41,708 nt of DNA from Candidatus Agathobaculum intestinigallinarum (GTDB lineage Bacteria > Bacillota > Clostridia > Oscillospirales > Butyricicoccaceae). The stretch spans positions 1 to 41,708 of the forward strand of contig DWWW01000068.1 in NCBI GenBank assembly GCA_019119515.1, written 5' to 3'. Under the pieces are notes generated by a model that had not been told where the DNA came from, ran no database searches, and worked only from the letters and a program-made list of their open reading frames with translations. Each line of letters starts with the position of its first letter. The first letter of the stretch is position 1. Positions 18,964 to 28,282 of the stretch are shown piece by piece. The translations under genes were made by a program, and so were the position numbers.

Positions 18964-19470
18964 TCAGTCGGGCGGCAGGCTTCTGCGCAGCATTGCGATC
19001 AGCCGTGACAGCGCCACGTCATAAATGATAAATCCGATATTGGCCGCAGCCCACAAAACCGCCAGCGTCCCAAAGCCGGGCATGGCGATCTGCGGGAACA
19101 GCCCTGCTGCCACCACCGCGGCCGCAGCAACCAGCACTGCGTTAAAATAGGCCAGCTTGACGCCGGTCTGGACGCGGCGCGGCAGGTAACATTCCACGCA
19201 GAATTTTATAATAGGATATAAGCCGGTCAGCAGCGCATAGGCCGCGACCAGGCTTTTCCGCGGCGCGATGAGCGCGCCCAGGATCGACGTTGCCGCATAC
19301 AGCAGCACCGCCGTTTTCAGCCGCGCGCGCCGCAGCAGCGGCACAGCCGAGGCCACGCCCGCTACGATGCACGCCGCGGGACCGATATAGGGCGCGGCGC
19401 CGCCAACATACAGAAGCGCGACAGCGGCAGCGGCCAGCAGCCCGCCGCGCGCAATTTCTTTCGCATTCAT
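18964..19470 (-). CDS. Hypothetical integral membrane protein (about five TM helices)
   Basis: Hydrophobic ORF with GLYPIIK motif; start 1 bp after the DnaJ-TPR stop. Confidence 0.8.
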   Translation of the reverse strand: MNAKEIARGGLLAAAAVALLYVGGAAPYIGPAACIVAGVASAVPLLRRARLKTAVLLYAATSILGALIAPRKSLVAAYALLTGLYPIIKFCVECYLPRRVQTGVKLAYFNAVLVAAAAVVAAGLFPQIAMPGFGTLAVLWAAANIGFIIYDVALSRLIAMLRRSLPPD

Positions 19471-19471
19471 A

Positions 19472-20104
19472 TCAGCAGCCTGCGTTGCAGCAGGAGTTCA
19501 GGCAGCAGTTGCAGATCGCCAGCTGCAGGCAGAAGTCGCACATGTTGGCCTCCTGCATGGGTCGATAGCCGCCGTAGCCGCCCGACATATTGAGGTTGTT
19601 GAGCGCGGTGCGGTATTCCATGTTGGACGGGTCCATCTGGCACGCCTGCGTATAGGAACGCGCGGCCTCGTCATACCAGCCCTTGCGGTAATACACCGTG
19701 CCCATCAGGTAGAACCACTCGGCATCCCGTCCGTTTGCGCGCTGCAAAAGCTGCTCGGCCATGCCGAGGTTGCCCTGATTGATCGCCTGACGCACCTGGC
19801 TGTACAGCGCGGCGTTCGGGCCGGAATAGGCGCGCTGCTGCGCGCCGCCGTATTGTCCGCCGTACTGCTGTCCGCCATACTGCTGCCCGCCGCCGGACGC
19901 ACCGCCCGCGGACTTGCCCGCGCGCTCGTTCATGATCATGTCGTAGGCCTCGTTGATCTCCTTCATGCGGGCTTCCGCGAGGTCAGCGAGCGGATTGTTG
20001 ATATAGTTGTCTGGATGATACTTGCGCGCCAGCTCGCGGTAAGCGCGCTTGACGTCGTCGTCGCTTGTCTGTGGCGTGACGCCCAGCACCTTATAGGGAT
20101 CCAT
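19472..20104 (-). CDS. J-domain (DnaJ) plus TPR protein with Cys-rich C-terminus
   Basis: DPYKVLG..KRAYR.LARKYHPD..EINEAY J-domain, G/Q linker, TPR-like AEWFYLMG..Y, and tail CDFCLQLAICNCCLNSCCNAGC. Confidence 0.9.
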   Translation of the reverse strand: MDPYKVLGVTPQTSDDDVKRAYRELARKYHPDNYINNPLADLAEARMKEINEAYDMIMNERAGKSAGGASGGGQQYGGQQYGGQYGGAQQRAYSGPNAALYSQVRQAINQGNLGMAEQLLQRANGRDAEWFYLMGTVYYRKGWYDEAARSYTQACQMDPSNMEYRTALNNLNMSGGYGGYRPMQEANMCDFCLQLAICNCCLNSCCNAGC

Positions 20105-20975
20105 GTCTGCCCCATCCTCCGTTCGTTTGGTAGGTTCCGTCCAGCACCTGTCTCGTGGCCAGCGGCATACCCAGAAAAATAATATTGCGGATCAGGTCCG
20201 CATCCCGCTTCGCATCCAGCAGGTCAAAGGCCATGCAGATGTCCGCGAGCGACCGCTCCAGCGTGCGCTCGAGCGGCTGTTTTATCTCTGTGATGTCCGG
20301 CGTGCGCAGCCCGTAGCGCAGCACGACCGGATTGTAATTATCCTGCTCCATGTCCTCTTTTACGTCCTGCGCCGCGTCCAGCAGGTAGACCCAGCGCCCG
20401 ATGTGGTAAAACATCTGGCGCAGCACGCGCTCGCGCGCGTCCCCGGTGCGCGGGACGACCGCCTCGGTCATGCGCGCCGAAGCGTCCGCCGCGCGATCCA
20501 TTGAAGCGCATTTTTCCCGCTCGAGTGTTTGCAGGTCGGCAAGCGCCTGCACCATCTCCGCGTCCGCTTCCGGCAGGCGCGCCCGCGCCCGCTCGTAGCC
20601 GCGCTTTCCCAGCCGGCACAGCACAGCGGCCAGCGCGCGCTTTGCGCCCTTTTCGTCCGCAAGGCTGTCGCGGATCTTGTGGTAGGTGAGCAGCACGCTC
20701 ACGTCCGCCGCCGTTTCGAGCGCCGCATCCGCCTGCGCGCAGGGGCGCTTGGTGACCGGATGCGCGTCGCACCGCTTCATGCAGGGCGGCGCGGTATCGC
20801 TTTCGCCGCAGCCCGCGACAAGCGCGAAAAAGGTCATGTCGTAGCTGAGGAAAAAGGTATAGAACCGGCCGTACCGCGCGCGGATCGCGTGGCACAGGCC
20901 GCAGTAGACCTGCTGGAACCGGTCGGCCTCCTTGACCCGCAGCTCGGGCTTCACCGGACGGATAAAGCCAAACAT
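20091..20975 (-). CDS. DUF5685-family protein
   Basis: MFGFIRP..PEL, YCGLCH, LSYDMTF and GRWVYLLDA motifs recalled as typical of this family; not verified by search. Confidence 0.75.
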   Translation of the reverse strand: MFGFIRPVKPELRVKEADRFQQVYCGLCHAIRARYGRFYTFFLSYDMTFFALVAGCGESDTAPPCMKRCDAHPVTKRPCAQADAALETAADVSVLLTYHKIRDSLADEKGAKRALAAVLCRLGKRGYERARARLPEADAEMVQALADLQTLEREKCASMDRAADASARMTEAVVPRTGDARERVLRQMFYHIGRWVYLLDAAQDVKEDMEQDNYNPVVLRYGLRTPDITEIKQPLERTLERSLADICMAFDLLDAKRDADLIRNIIFLGMPLATRQVLDGTYQTNGGWGRHGSL

Positions 20976-21026
20976 TGCATAACCCTTTCACGCCGTATTC
21001 GGTACACGGCTCTTCGTATTCAATCT

Positions 21027-21055
21027 ATTTTACCGAACTTTTTCGGATAACACAA
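21027..21055 (-). promoter_or_regulatory. Putative sigma-A promoter for the DUF5685 operon
   Basis: TTGTGT-17 nt-TAAAAT on the minus strand. Confidence 0.5.
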
Positions 21056-21094
21056 GGGATAACCGGATAAAATCAGTAAAAATTCACAAAAAGT

Positions 21095-21508
21095 TCAGAG
21101 CCTTTTTGTGATCTCGTACGGGACTTCGTTGCGCGCCTTCATGCGGCGGCTGTAAAGGATCGCATACAGGATGCCGACGGCGAACAGCACGCCGCCGCCG
21201 ATCGCGCCTGCAGCCCCGCCTTCAAACAGCAGGCTGCCGAGCACATAGCCGACGAAAAACAGCACGATCGGCAGCACATATACCAGCACCGCGAGGCCGA
21301 GCACCTGTCCGGTTTCGCCCTCGATCAGCACCCGTTCGCCCACGTTTGCCTCCGCCTTGTTGCGCGCGGTGACGTAAAGCGTCTGGGTCTCCAGGCCGCC
21401 GCAGCCGCCGCACTTGGCGCAGTCATGCCCGCAGGCCGAGCGGCGGGTGACCTCGATCTCCGCCATGCCGCCCGGCAGCAGTTTTTTTATCGTTCCCTGT
21501 TGGGTCAT
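21095..21508 (-). CDS. RseC/MucC (SoxR-reducing system) family membrane protein
   Basis: R.SAC..C..C..C motif, G.RV, Y.LP and two C-terminal TM helices. Confidence 0.85.
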   Translation of the reverse strand: MTQQGTIKKLLPGGMAEIEVTRRSACGHDCAKCGGCGGLETQTLYVTARNKAEANVGERVLIEGETGQVLGLAVLVYVLPIVLFFVGYVLGSLLFEGGAAGAIGGGVLFAVGILYAILYSRRMKARNEVPYEITKRL

Positions 21509-21542
21509 GTTTTCTCACCTTTCCACTGAGCTGAGCTTATCT

Positions 21543-21642
21543 AATTGAAAATGTAGAATGGAAAATTGCAGCGCCGTGCGGATCAAATGCGGGATCTTCG
21601 GCCGCTCGTTCATTCTCCATTTTCCATTATCCATTCTCCATT
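21543..21642. repeat. Inverted pair of heptamer arrays
   Basis: AATTGAA AATGTAG AATGGAA AATTGCA (21543-21570) versus (TTCATT) CTCCATT TTCCATT ATCCATT CTCCATT (21609-21642). Confidence 0.8.
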
Positions 21643-23231
21643 TATTCCAAGACGGGCGCATACTCCTCCATAATGCGGTGCGCCGCTTTGATGCCGTCCA
21701 CCGCGGCGGACATGATGCCGCCCGCGTAGCCCGCGCCCTCGCCGCAGGGGATAAGCCCCGCGCAGCCGAGGCCGAACAGGTCGTCCCCGCGCGTCATACG
21801 CACCGGCGAAGACGTGCGCGTCTCCGGCCCGGTCAGCAGCGCGTCCGGCGCGTCAAAGCCGCGGATCCTGCGGCCGAAATACGGCAGGCTGTCGCGCAGC
21901 ATGTCCTGCGCAAAGGCGGGCAGGCTCGCCGCCGCCTCGCCGTATGCCACCCCGATGGGATAGCTGGGCTGCACCGCGCCCGCGCGCCTGCTCGGCCTTT
22001 CTGCAAGGAAGTCGCCCACGCGCTGGCAGGGCGCGCGGTACGAGCCGGTCTGCGCGAAGGCCGCGCGCTCGATGCGCCGCTGGAGCGCCACGCCGCCGAA
22101 CGGCGTGCCGTCGTCAAAGTCCTTCGGATCGACCGACACCGCGAGCGCCGCGTTGGCGTTTTTGCCGTCGCGCGCGTGGTAGCTCATGCCGTTGGTCACG
22201 ACTGTATTCTCCTCACTCTGCGCCGCGACGACCACGCCACCCGGGCACATACAGAACGAATAGCAGGCGCGGCCGCCTTCCCGGCGGGACAGGTTGTATT
22301 CCGCGGGCGGCAGCAGCGGATGCCCCGCGTATTTGCCGTACAGCGCGCGGTCAAGCTCGCTTTGCAGATGCTCGATGCGCACACCAACCGAAAACGCCTT
22401 TGGTTCAAAGTATACCCCGTTTTGATGCAGGGCAGCAAACGTATCCCGCGCGGAATGACCGATCGCGACCACCGCGCGCTCACACGCGGTTTCACCGTCC
22501 GCTGTCCGGACCGCGCACAGCGCGCCGTCCTGCACCGAAAGGCCGGTCAGCGCAGTGCCGAAGTGCACCTCGCCGCCGTTTTTTACAATGTCGCGCCGCA
22601 TCTCGCGCACGACGTTTTTGAGAATATCCGTCCCCACATGGGGCTTGGCCTTTTTGACGATATCCGCCGGCGCGCCGTGCGCGGCAAGCGTCTCGAGCAC
22701 GGTGTCGCACAGCGGGTCGCCGATGCGGGTGGTCAGCTTGCCGTCCGAATACGCGCCCGCGCCGCCCTCGCCAAACTGGATGTTGCAGTCCGGGTCGAGC
22801 GCGCCGCCGCCCCAAAAGGCCTCGACCGCCCGGTCGCGCGCATCCAGATCGCCGCCGCGCTCGAAGACGATGGGCGCGTAGCCGTATTTCGCGAGCGTAT
22901 ACGCCGCGAACAGCCCCGCGGGGCCGAGCCCCACGACCACCGGCCGGTGCGGCAGCCGCTTTTCCCCGCGCGGCACGGCGGGTTTTTCATCCGGTTTATA
23001 ACGCACGAAGGGCATTTGCAGGTGTTCTGCAAATGCCTTTTCGTCGAATGGTGCGTCCAGCCGCACCGAATATACGCGGGAGATGCGGCCGCGCCGCGCG
23101 TCGATGCTGACGCGGCATACCGCGGCCTGTACCTCATCCGATGTCAGGCCGGTCAGGCGCCGCGCCTCGGCGAGCGCCTCCTGCTCCGGCACGTCAAACG
23201 GCAGCCGGATGTTGCTGACAGTCAGGCTCAT
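21642..23231 (-). CDS. Uncharacterised FAD/NAD(P)-dependent oxidoreductase
   Basis: GLGPAG Rossmann motif, FGEGGAGAYSDGKL, FCMCPGG and GEGAGYAGGIMSAAVDG. Confidence 0.9.
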   Translation of the reverse strand: MSLTVSNIRLPFDVPEQEALAEARRLTGLTSDEVQAAVCRVSIDARRGRISRVYSVRLDAPFDEKAFAEHLQMPFVRYKPDEKPAVPRGEKRLPHRPVVVGLGPAGLFAAYTLAKYGYAPIVFERGGDLDARDRAVEAFWGGGALDPDCNIQFGEGGAGAYSDGKLTTRIGDPLCDTVLETLAAHGAPADIVKKAKPHVGTDILKNVVREMRRDIVKNGGEVHFGTALTGLSVQDGALCAVRTADGETACERAVVAIGHSARDTFAALHQNGVYFEPKAFSVGVRIEHLQSELDRALYGKYAGHPLLPPAEYNLSRREGGRACYSFCMCPGGVVVAAQSEENTVVTNGMSYHARDGKNANAALAVSVDPKDFDDGTPFGGVALQRRIERAAFAQTGSYRAPCQRVGDFLAERPSRRAGAVQPSYPIGVAYGEAAASLPAFAQDMLRDSLPYFGRRIRGFDAPDALLTGPETRTSSPVRMTRGDDLFGLGCAGLIPCGEGAGYAGGIMSAAVDGIKAAHRIMEEYAPVLE

Positions 23232-24589
23232 GCGTCCGCCCCGCCTTCCTCCGGCTGTGCGTCCTCCGGCGGGGTGTCATCCGGCTGGGTATCGTCCGGC
23301 GGCGTGCTTTCTTCGGCGCCGCCGTCGGCCGGTGTGTCCTCGCCACCCGTGATGCGGATCTCGACCTCGACGTCCTGCTCGACCAGCGTCACGCCGGCCG
23401 GCAGTCCGGTCGCCGCGATCACGCCGCGGACCTTATGCGTGCCCTCGCCGAGCGAGACCGAGTCAAAGGTCAGGCCGACGGACAGGGTGCTGAGGTCGAC
23501 CTGCTCGAGCGCGCTCGCGCTGCCGCGCAGCTCGATCTCGACCGAATCGGTCAGCACCTCGACCGAATACGGCGTTTCGGACTGCGCCGTGTCGGTCGGC
23601 ACGAAGTTGGTCACCTGCACGCTGCGCGTGGAGATGTTCTCCTCCGCCTTGACCGTGATGGTCACCTGCGCGGTCGAGGGCTGGCCTGCATCCAGCCGCA
23701 CGCCGTCGGGCAGCGGGATCTCCATCTCGATCGCCACGCCCGTACGCACAGTATCCAGATCGATCGTGCCGAGATTGATCTCGGTCAGGCTCGCGAGCGT
23801 ATTCTGATCGCCCAGCAGGCTGATGTTCCGCGGTTTGATGTCCACGTCGACCTGATCGGTGGTCAGCGTGTCGCCGTCGGTCAGGGTGACCGTCAGCGGG
23901 ATGCTCTCGACCGGGTAGATCGGCACGCGCACCGTGACTGTATCCGTCTGGGTGGTGACGTGCGTACCTGTGATCGGCTCGCCCGCGTCATTATACAGGC
24001 TGATCTGGCACTCGCTGGTGAAGGTCGAGTTGCGGCCGCTCACATCGACCGTGCCGTAGGCATAGGCGACCTCCGCCAGCTCGGAAGCCGGGCCTTCGAT
24101 CGTAAGCTCCTTGGTCGTGGTCGGCTCGGGCGTGCCTGCGCGGTAGCCGGTCGCCGGCGTGCCGGTCGCATCCACGCGGACCGGGACAGCCTCGGTCGTC
24201 ACCTCGTCCACCAGCACGCGCACGCTGACGCTGTTGGCCTCGATATCGGACGAGCCGGTGGAAATACGCACGGGCAGGGTGTACTCGCCTGCGCCGTCCG
24301 TAATGCCGGAAACATCCACGACCGCCGTGATCCGGTTGCGCAGTCTGGAGTTGGAGATCTCATTGACCGGGCCGCGCACGGTGATGTCCACGGTTTCCGG
24401 ATATTCGATCACCGAAAGGCCGTAATTGCTCTTGAGCTCGTCCTCGCCGGTGATGGTGAGGCTGATGTCTTCGACCGGCGTGGTGCGGGTCGGGTTGGTC
24501 ATTTCGCGCGCGATGATCCACAGGATGAACGCCAGGATGAGCGCCAGCAGCCGCAGCCAGACGTCATGCTTTTTCATAAACTCCTTCAC
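23228..24589 (-). CDS. cdaR: CdaR/YbbR family diadenylate cyclase regulator
   Basis: N-terminal TM helix, repeated beta-rich YbbR-like domains (V.V.GP), directly after cdaA. Start is GTG 24589 or ATG 24577. Confidence 0.88.
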   Translation of the reverse strand: MKEFMKKHDVWLRLLALILAFILWIIAREMTNPTRTTPVEDISLTITGEDELKSNYGLSVIEYPETVDITVRGPVNEISNSRLRNRITAVVDVSGITDGAGEYTLPVRISTGSSDIEANSVSVRVLVDEVTTEAVPVRVDATGTPATGYRAGTPEPTTTKELTIEGPASELAEVAYAYGTVDVSGRNSTFTSECQISLYNDAGEPITGTHVTTQTDTVTVRVPIYPVESIPLTVTLTDGDTLTTDQVDVDIKPRNISLLGDQNTLASLTEINLGTIDLDTVRTGVAIEMEIPLPDGVRLDAGQPSTAQVTITVKAEENISTRSVQVTNFVPTDTAQSETPYSVEVLTDSVEIELRGSASALEQVDLSTLSVGLTFDSVSLGEGTHKVRGVIAATGLPAGVTLVEQDVEVEIRITGGEDTPADGGAEESTPPDDTQPDDTPPEDAQPEEGGADA

Positions 24590-25485
24590 TTGCCCGCACC
24601 CCCTTTCCAGATATTCCGGAGTGCGGAGATGCCCTTTTTATCCGGCTTGTCATCCGCGATCAGTTCACTTTCCAGCACCTTGCGCAGTATCTCGGGGGAC
24701 AGGTGCCGCTTGAGCATGCCGCCGATGGCGACCGAGATCGCGCCCGTCTCCTCGGACACGACGACGAGCACGCTGTCGGACGATTCGCTCATGCCGACCG
24801 CCGCGCGGTGGCGCGTGCCGAGGTCGCGCGAAAGGTTCTGGTTGCCGGAGAGCGGCAGCACACAGCCCGCGGCGCAGATCCGGCCGTCGCGCATGATCAG
24901 CGCGCCGTCGTGCAGCGGGCTGTTTTTGAAAAAGATATTTTTCAGGAGCTCTGCCGAAGGCTCGGCGTCCACCATCGTGCCGGTGGCGATGATCTCGCCC
25001 AGGCGCTCCTTGCGCTCGAACACGATCAGCACGCCGGTCTTGGTGCGCGACATATCCGCACACGCCTTGACCGTGGCGTCGATCGCGGCTTCAGCCGCGT
25101 CCGGGTCGTTGGCCGAGGTCAGCAGGCCGCTCAGGTTGCCCTTGCCCAGCTGCTCGAGCAGACGGCGCAGCTCGGGCTGGAAGATGACGATCGCCGCGGT
25201 AACGCCGATGCCGAGCGAGGTTTGCAGGATGAACGAGATCGTGGTCAGGCCCGCGACGCTGGCGACCAGAAAAATGAGCAGCAGCCAGATCACGCCCTTG
25301 GCCAGCCGCGCGGCGCTCGTATCCTTGAGCAGTTTCATCAAGCGGTAGATGATATACGCGACGATCAGGATGTCGACAACGTCCATGATGCCGACGGTCT
25401 GGAGCATATAATAGCTGTTGTGCAGCAGCGTTTCCAAGTTGAAATTCTGGAACGTTGGGTTGAAAAAATTCTGAAATGCTTCCAT
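24586..25485 (-). CDS. cdaA: Membrane diadenylate cyclase
   Basis: Three TM helices, FQPELRR.LE, PLHDGA and GTRHRAA motifs. Confidence 0.96.
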   Translation of the reverse strand: MEAFQNFFNPTFQNFNLETLLHNSYYMLQTVGIMDVVDILIVAYIIYRLMKLLKDTSAARLAKGVIWLLLIFLVASVAGLTTISFILQTSLGIGVTAAIVIFQPELRRLLEQLGKGNLSGLLTSANDPDAAEAAIDATVKACADMSRTKTGVLIVFERKERLGEIIATGTMVDAEPSAELLKNIFFKNSPLHDGALIMRDGRICAAGCVLPLSGNQNLSRDLGTRHRAAVGMSESSDSVLVVVSEETGAISVAIGGMLKRHLSPEILRKVLESELIADDKPDKKGISALRNIWKGGAGK

Positions 25486-25596
25486 ATATTCACCTGTCCT
25501 ACTGTTTTTGCCTTCCGCGCAATGGGGAGACAGGATTTTTTCCTTATTTATACTACCACAAATCCCCCGCGGTGTATAGCGAATTCGTCCCGGTAT

Positions 25597-26724
25597 TCAC
25601 AGATTTTTTACGGTTTGCAGCACGAGCGCCGCAGCGTGCTCCACCTGGTGCGCGGTCGAGTAAAACGAGAGCGAAAACCGCACCGTGCCGGTCTCCTCGG
25701 TGCCCGCGGTGCGGTGGGCGAGCGGCGCGCAGTGCAGCCCGGCCCGCACCGCAACACCCTGCCGCGCGAGCGTCTCCGCGATGTTCTCCACCGCCGTGCC
25801 GCGCACGGTGAGCGACAACACGCCGGTCTGCGCCGGGTGCGCAAAGCATGTGATCCGGCGCTCGTCCGCGAGCGCGCGGGCAAATTCGCGCGTGAGTTTG
25901 CGTTCGTGCGCCAGAATGTTCGCCGGGCCGACCGCGCGCACGAACGCGATCCCCGCCGCCAGCCCTGCGATGCCGGGCACATTGGGCGTGCCGCTCTCGA
26001 GCGCATCCGGCAGGAAGTCCGGCTGGCGCATCTCCTCCGACCGGCTGCCCGTGCCGCCCGCGAGCAACGGGCGCGCGGCGATGCGGTTGTCCAGCGCGAG
26101 CAGGATGCCCGTGCCCTGCGGGCCGTAGAGCGCCTTGTGCCCGGGCATGCACACCGCCGCAAGGCAGGGATGCCGCCGCACGTCGATGTCGATCAGCCCC
26201 GCGGACTGCGACGCATCCAGAATGAGCGGCACGCCTTTTTCATCCAGCAGCGCCGCGATCTCCTCCACGGGCGCGGCAAAGCCGAACACGTTGGACACAT
26301 GGTTTAGGATAAACAGCTCTGCGCCGTCTGTGAGCGCCTGTCCGGCCGCCTCCACCATCGCCGCGCTGTCCCAGAGCGGCGTGTCCAGCACGATGGGGTC
26401 GATCCCGCGCAGCAGGAGCGGCCGCATGACCGCGTTGTGCTCGTATCCGCTGACCGCGACGCGCATCCCCGGCTGCGCCAGCGCATGGATCGCCAAGTTG
26501 AGCGCGTGGGTGGCGTTCATCGTAAACACCACGCGCGCCGGGTCGCGCACGCCGAACAGCGCCGCCGCCTGCTCGCGGCAGGCGTAAACAGTCTCACCCG
26601 CGCGCATCGCAGCCGCATACCCGCCCCGCGCATAGCCCGCTGCCGCGTGCATCGCGCGGCGCACCGCCTCGTCCACTGCGCGCGGCTTGTGCAGGGTGGT
26701 CGCGGCATTATCCAGATAGATCAT
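25597..26724 (-). CDS. Cysteine desulfurase family (class V aminotransferase, SufS-like)
   Basis: IYLDNAATT, EHNAV, DASQ, PGHK and RAGLHCAP motifs; start MIYLD at 26724. Confidence 0.9.
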   Translation of the reverse strand: MIYLDNAATTLHKPRAVDEAVRRAMHAAAGYARGGYAAAMRAGETVYACREQAAALFGVRDPARVVFTMNATHALNLAIHALAQPGMRVAVSGYEHNAVMRPLLLRGIDPIVLDTPLWDSAAMVEAAGQALTDGAELFILNHVSNVFGFAAPVEEIAALLDEKGVPLILDASQSAGLIDIDVRRHPCLAAVCMPGHKALYGPQGTGILLALDNRIAARPLLAGGTGSRSEEMRQPDFLPDALESGTPNVPGIAGLAAGIAFVRAVGPANILAHERKLTREFARALADERRITCFAHPAQTGVLSLTVRGTAVENIAETLARQGVAVRAGLHCAPLAHRTAGTEETGTVRFSLSFYSTAHQVEHAAALVLQTVKNL

Positions 26725-26960
26725 ACGCCCGCCCCCTCGTCCGGCAGCACGCGGCAGGGCGAAAGCCCCAGCTGGCGCAGACGGTGCAACGCCGCGTCCG
26801 CCTGCGCGGCGGCTACCCGCACCGCCCAGCCGCAGGATTCGGTGCGCGCGTGGCGCGGCGGGCGGGTCACCTCGCCCGGCACGCCCATCTGCATCAGGTG
26901 CCGCCGCAGGCCGACCGCCTCGGTCTGGCTGCGGCATATCAAAAGCGCATAACGGCTCAT
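26721..26960 (-). CDS. DUF3343-like small protein
   Basis: 79 aa with P....SCG.A motif; 4-bp overlap with the desulfurase; GAGGAGAG RBS. Confidence 0.75.
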   Translation of the reverse strand: MSRYALLICRSQTEAVGLRRHLMQMGVPGEVTRPPRHARTESCGWAVRVAAAQADAALHRLRQLGLSPCRVLPDEGAGV

Positions 26961-26999
26961 CGTTCTCTCCTCCTCAGGTCAGTCTATCCTCATCCTATG

Positions 27000-27028
27000 T
27001 TGCAACGCCCGCCGAAGTGTGGTATGCT
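27000..27028 (+). promoter_or_regulatory. Sigma-A promoter for the DUF815 ATPase
   Basis: TTGCAA-17 nt-TATGCT with extended TG. Confidence 0.65.
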
Positions 27029-27066
27029 GGAACAGAACAACAAACCTGCACAAGGAGTGAACAAAT

Positions 27067-28269
27067 ATGGAGCTTTCCGCCCTTTCCCTGCGCCTGCGCG
27101 CACTTTCCGTGCTGCGCGGCCTGCAGCGCCACCCGCTCGTTGGCGCGTATCTCGATGCCTTTGACGCGCTCGAGCAGGGCCCTGCGCCGTTCGCCGGCTG
27201 CTACGGCGCGCTGTGCGCGGCGCAGTTTGCCTGCGGCGACCCCGCCCGCGCGATGCTGGACGCGGTGCATTACGATGTCAACACGCTGACCGACACGATC
27301 GCCGCCCCCGCGCCCGCCCTGCTGGACGCGGCCACGCACGACCTTGAGGTGCTGAACGCCCTGCTCTCGCTCGACGGTGCGGCGCTCAAAACCGCTGCCG
27401 CCGGGCGGCACAACGCCCCGGCGCTGCTTTCCCTGCCCGATTTCCCGGCCGCGGGCGCGCTTCCCTTCCGCGACGGCGCGGCGCTCGCGAGCTTCTACCG
27501 CGCGCAGGGCTACGGCTTTTTCGCCCAGTCCTCGGCCTTTGCCGTGCAGGACGACGGCACGGTCGCCCCGATCGTGCATCCGGACGCCATCCGCCTGCGC
27601 GAGCTGCCCGGCTACGAGCGCCAGAAGCAGCAGATCCTCAAAAACACGCTCGCCTTCCTCGACGGGCGCGAGGCGAACAACATCCTGCTCTACGGCGACA
27701 AGGGCACGGGCAAATCCTCGACCGTCAAGGCGGTTGTCAACGAATATGCCGACCGCGGGCTCAAGATCATCGAGATGTCGCCGCGGCATATCACCTGCTT
27801 CCCCAAGATCTTCGCGGAAACGCTGCGCTCGCCCTTCCGCTTCATCGTGTTCCTGGACGACCTCTCCTTCAGCCGCGAGGATGACAACTTCGCCGCGCTC
27901 AAGGCGTTCATCGAGGGCGGGCTCGCCGGCAAGCCGTCCAATCTGGTCATCTACGCGACCAGCAACCGCCGCCACCTGATCCGCGAGACCTTTGCCGACC
28001 GCGAGGGCGACGAGGTGCGCGTGCGCGACAGTCTGGAGACCGTCACCTCGCTGTCCGACCGCTTCGGGCTGGAGATCACCTTCTCCGTGCCGGACAAGGA
28101 CGAATATCTGTACATCGTCAACCAGCTCGCCGCGGAAAGCGGCCTGACGCTCCCCGCCGAGCAGCTGCACCTGCTCGCGGAGCGGTTCGCGCTGCGGCGC
28201 AACGGGCGCTCGCCGCGCACCGCGCGCCAGTTCATCAGCCAGCAGCTGGCCGAGCAGTACGAGAAATAA
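27067..28269 (+). CDS. DUF815-family AAA+ ATP-binding protein
   Basis: NNILLYGDKGTGKSS, FIVFLDDLSF, YATSNRRHL and SLSDRFG motifs. Confidence 0.9.
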   Translation: MELSALSLRLRALSVLRGLQRHPLVGAYLDAFDALEQGPAPFAGCYGALCAAQFACGDPARAMLDAVHYDVNTLTDTIAAPAPALLDAATHDLEVLNALLSLDGAALKTAAAGRHNAPALLSLPDFPAAGALPFRDGAALASFYRAQGYGFFAQSSAFAVQDDGTVAPIVHPDAIRLRELPGYERQKQQILKNTLAFLDGREANNILLYGDKGTGKSSTVKAVVNEYADRGLKIIEMSPRHITCFPKIFAETLRSPFRFIVFLDDLSFSREDDNFAALKAFIEGGLAGKPSNLVIYATSNRRHLIRETFADREGDEVRVRDSLETVTSLSDRFGLEITFSVPDKDEYLYIVNQLAAESGLTLPAEQLHLLAERFALRRNGRSPRTARQFISQQLAEQYEK

Positions 28270-28282
28270 TCCCCCGATCCAT

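Noticed and set aside
26985-27020. Sporulation sigma-K/E promoter for DUF3343 (ACAC-N17-CATAGGAT)
   Set aside because: The consensus is too short and degenerate to support without expression data.
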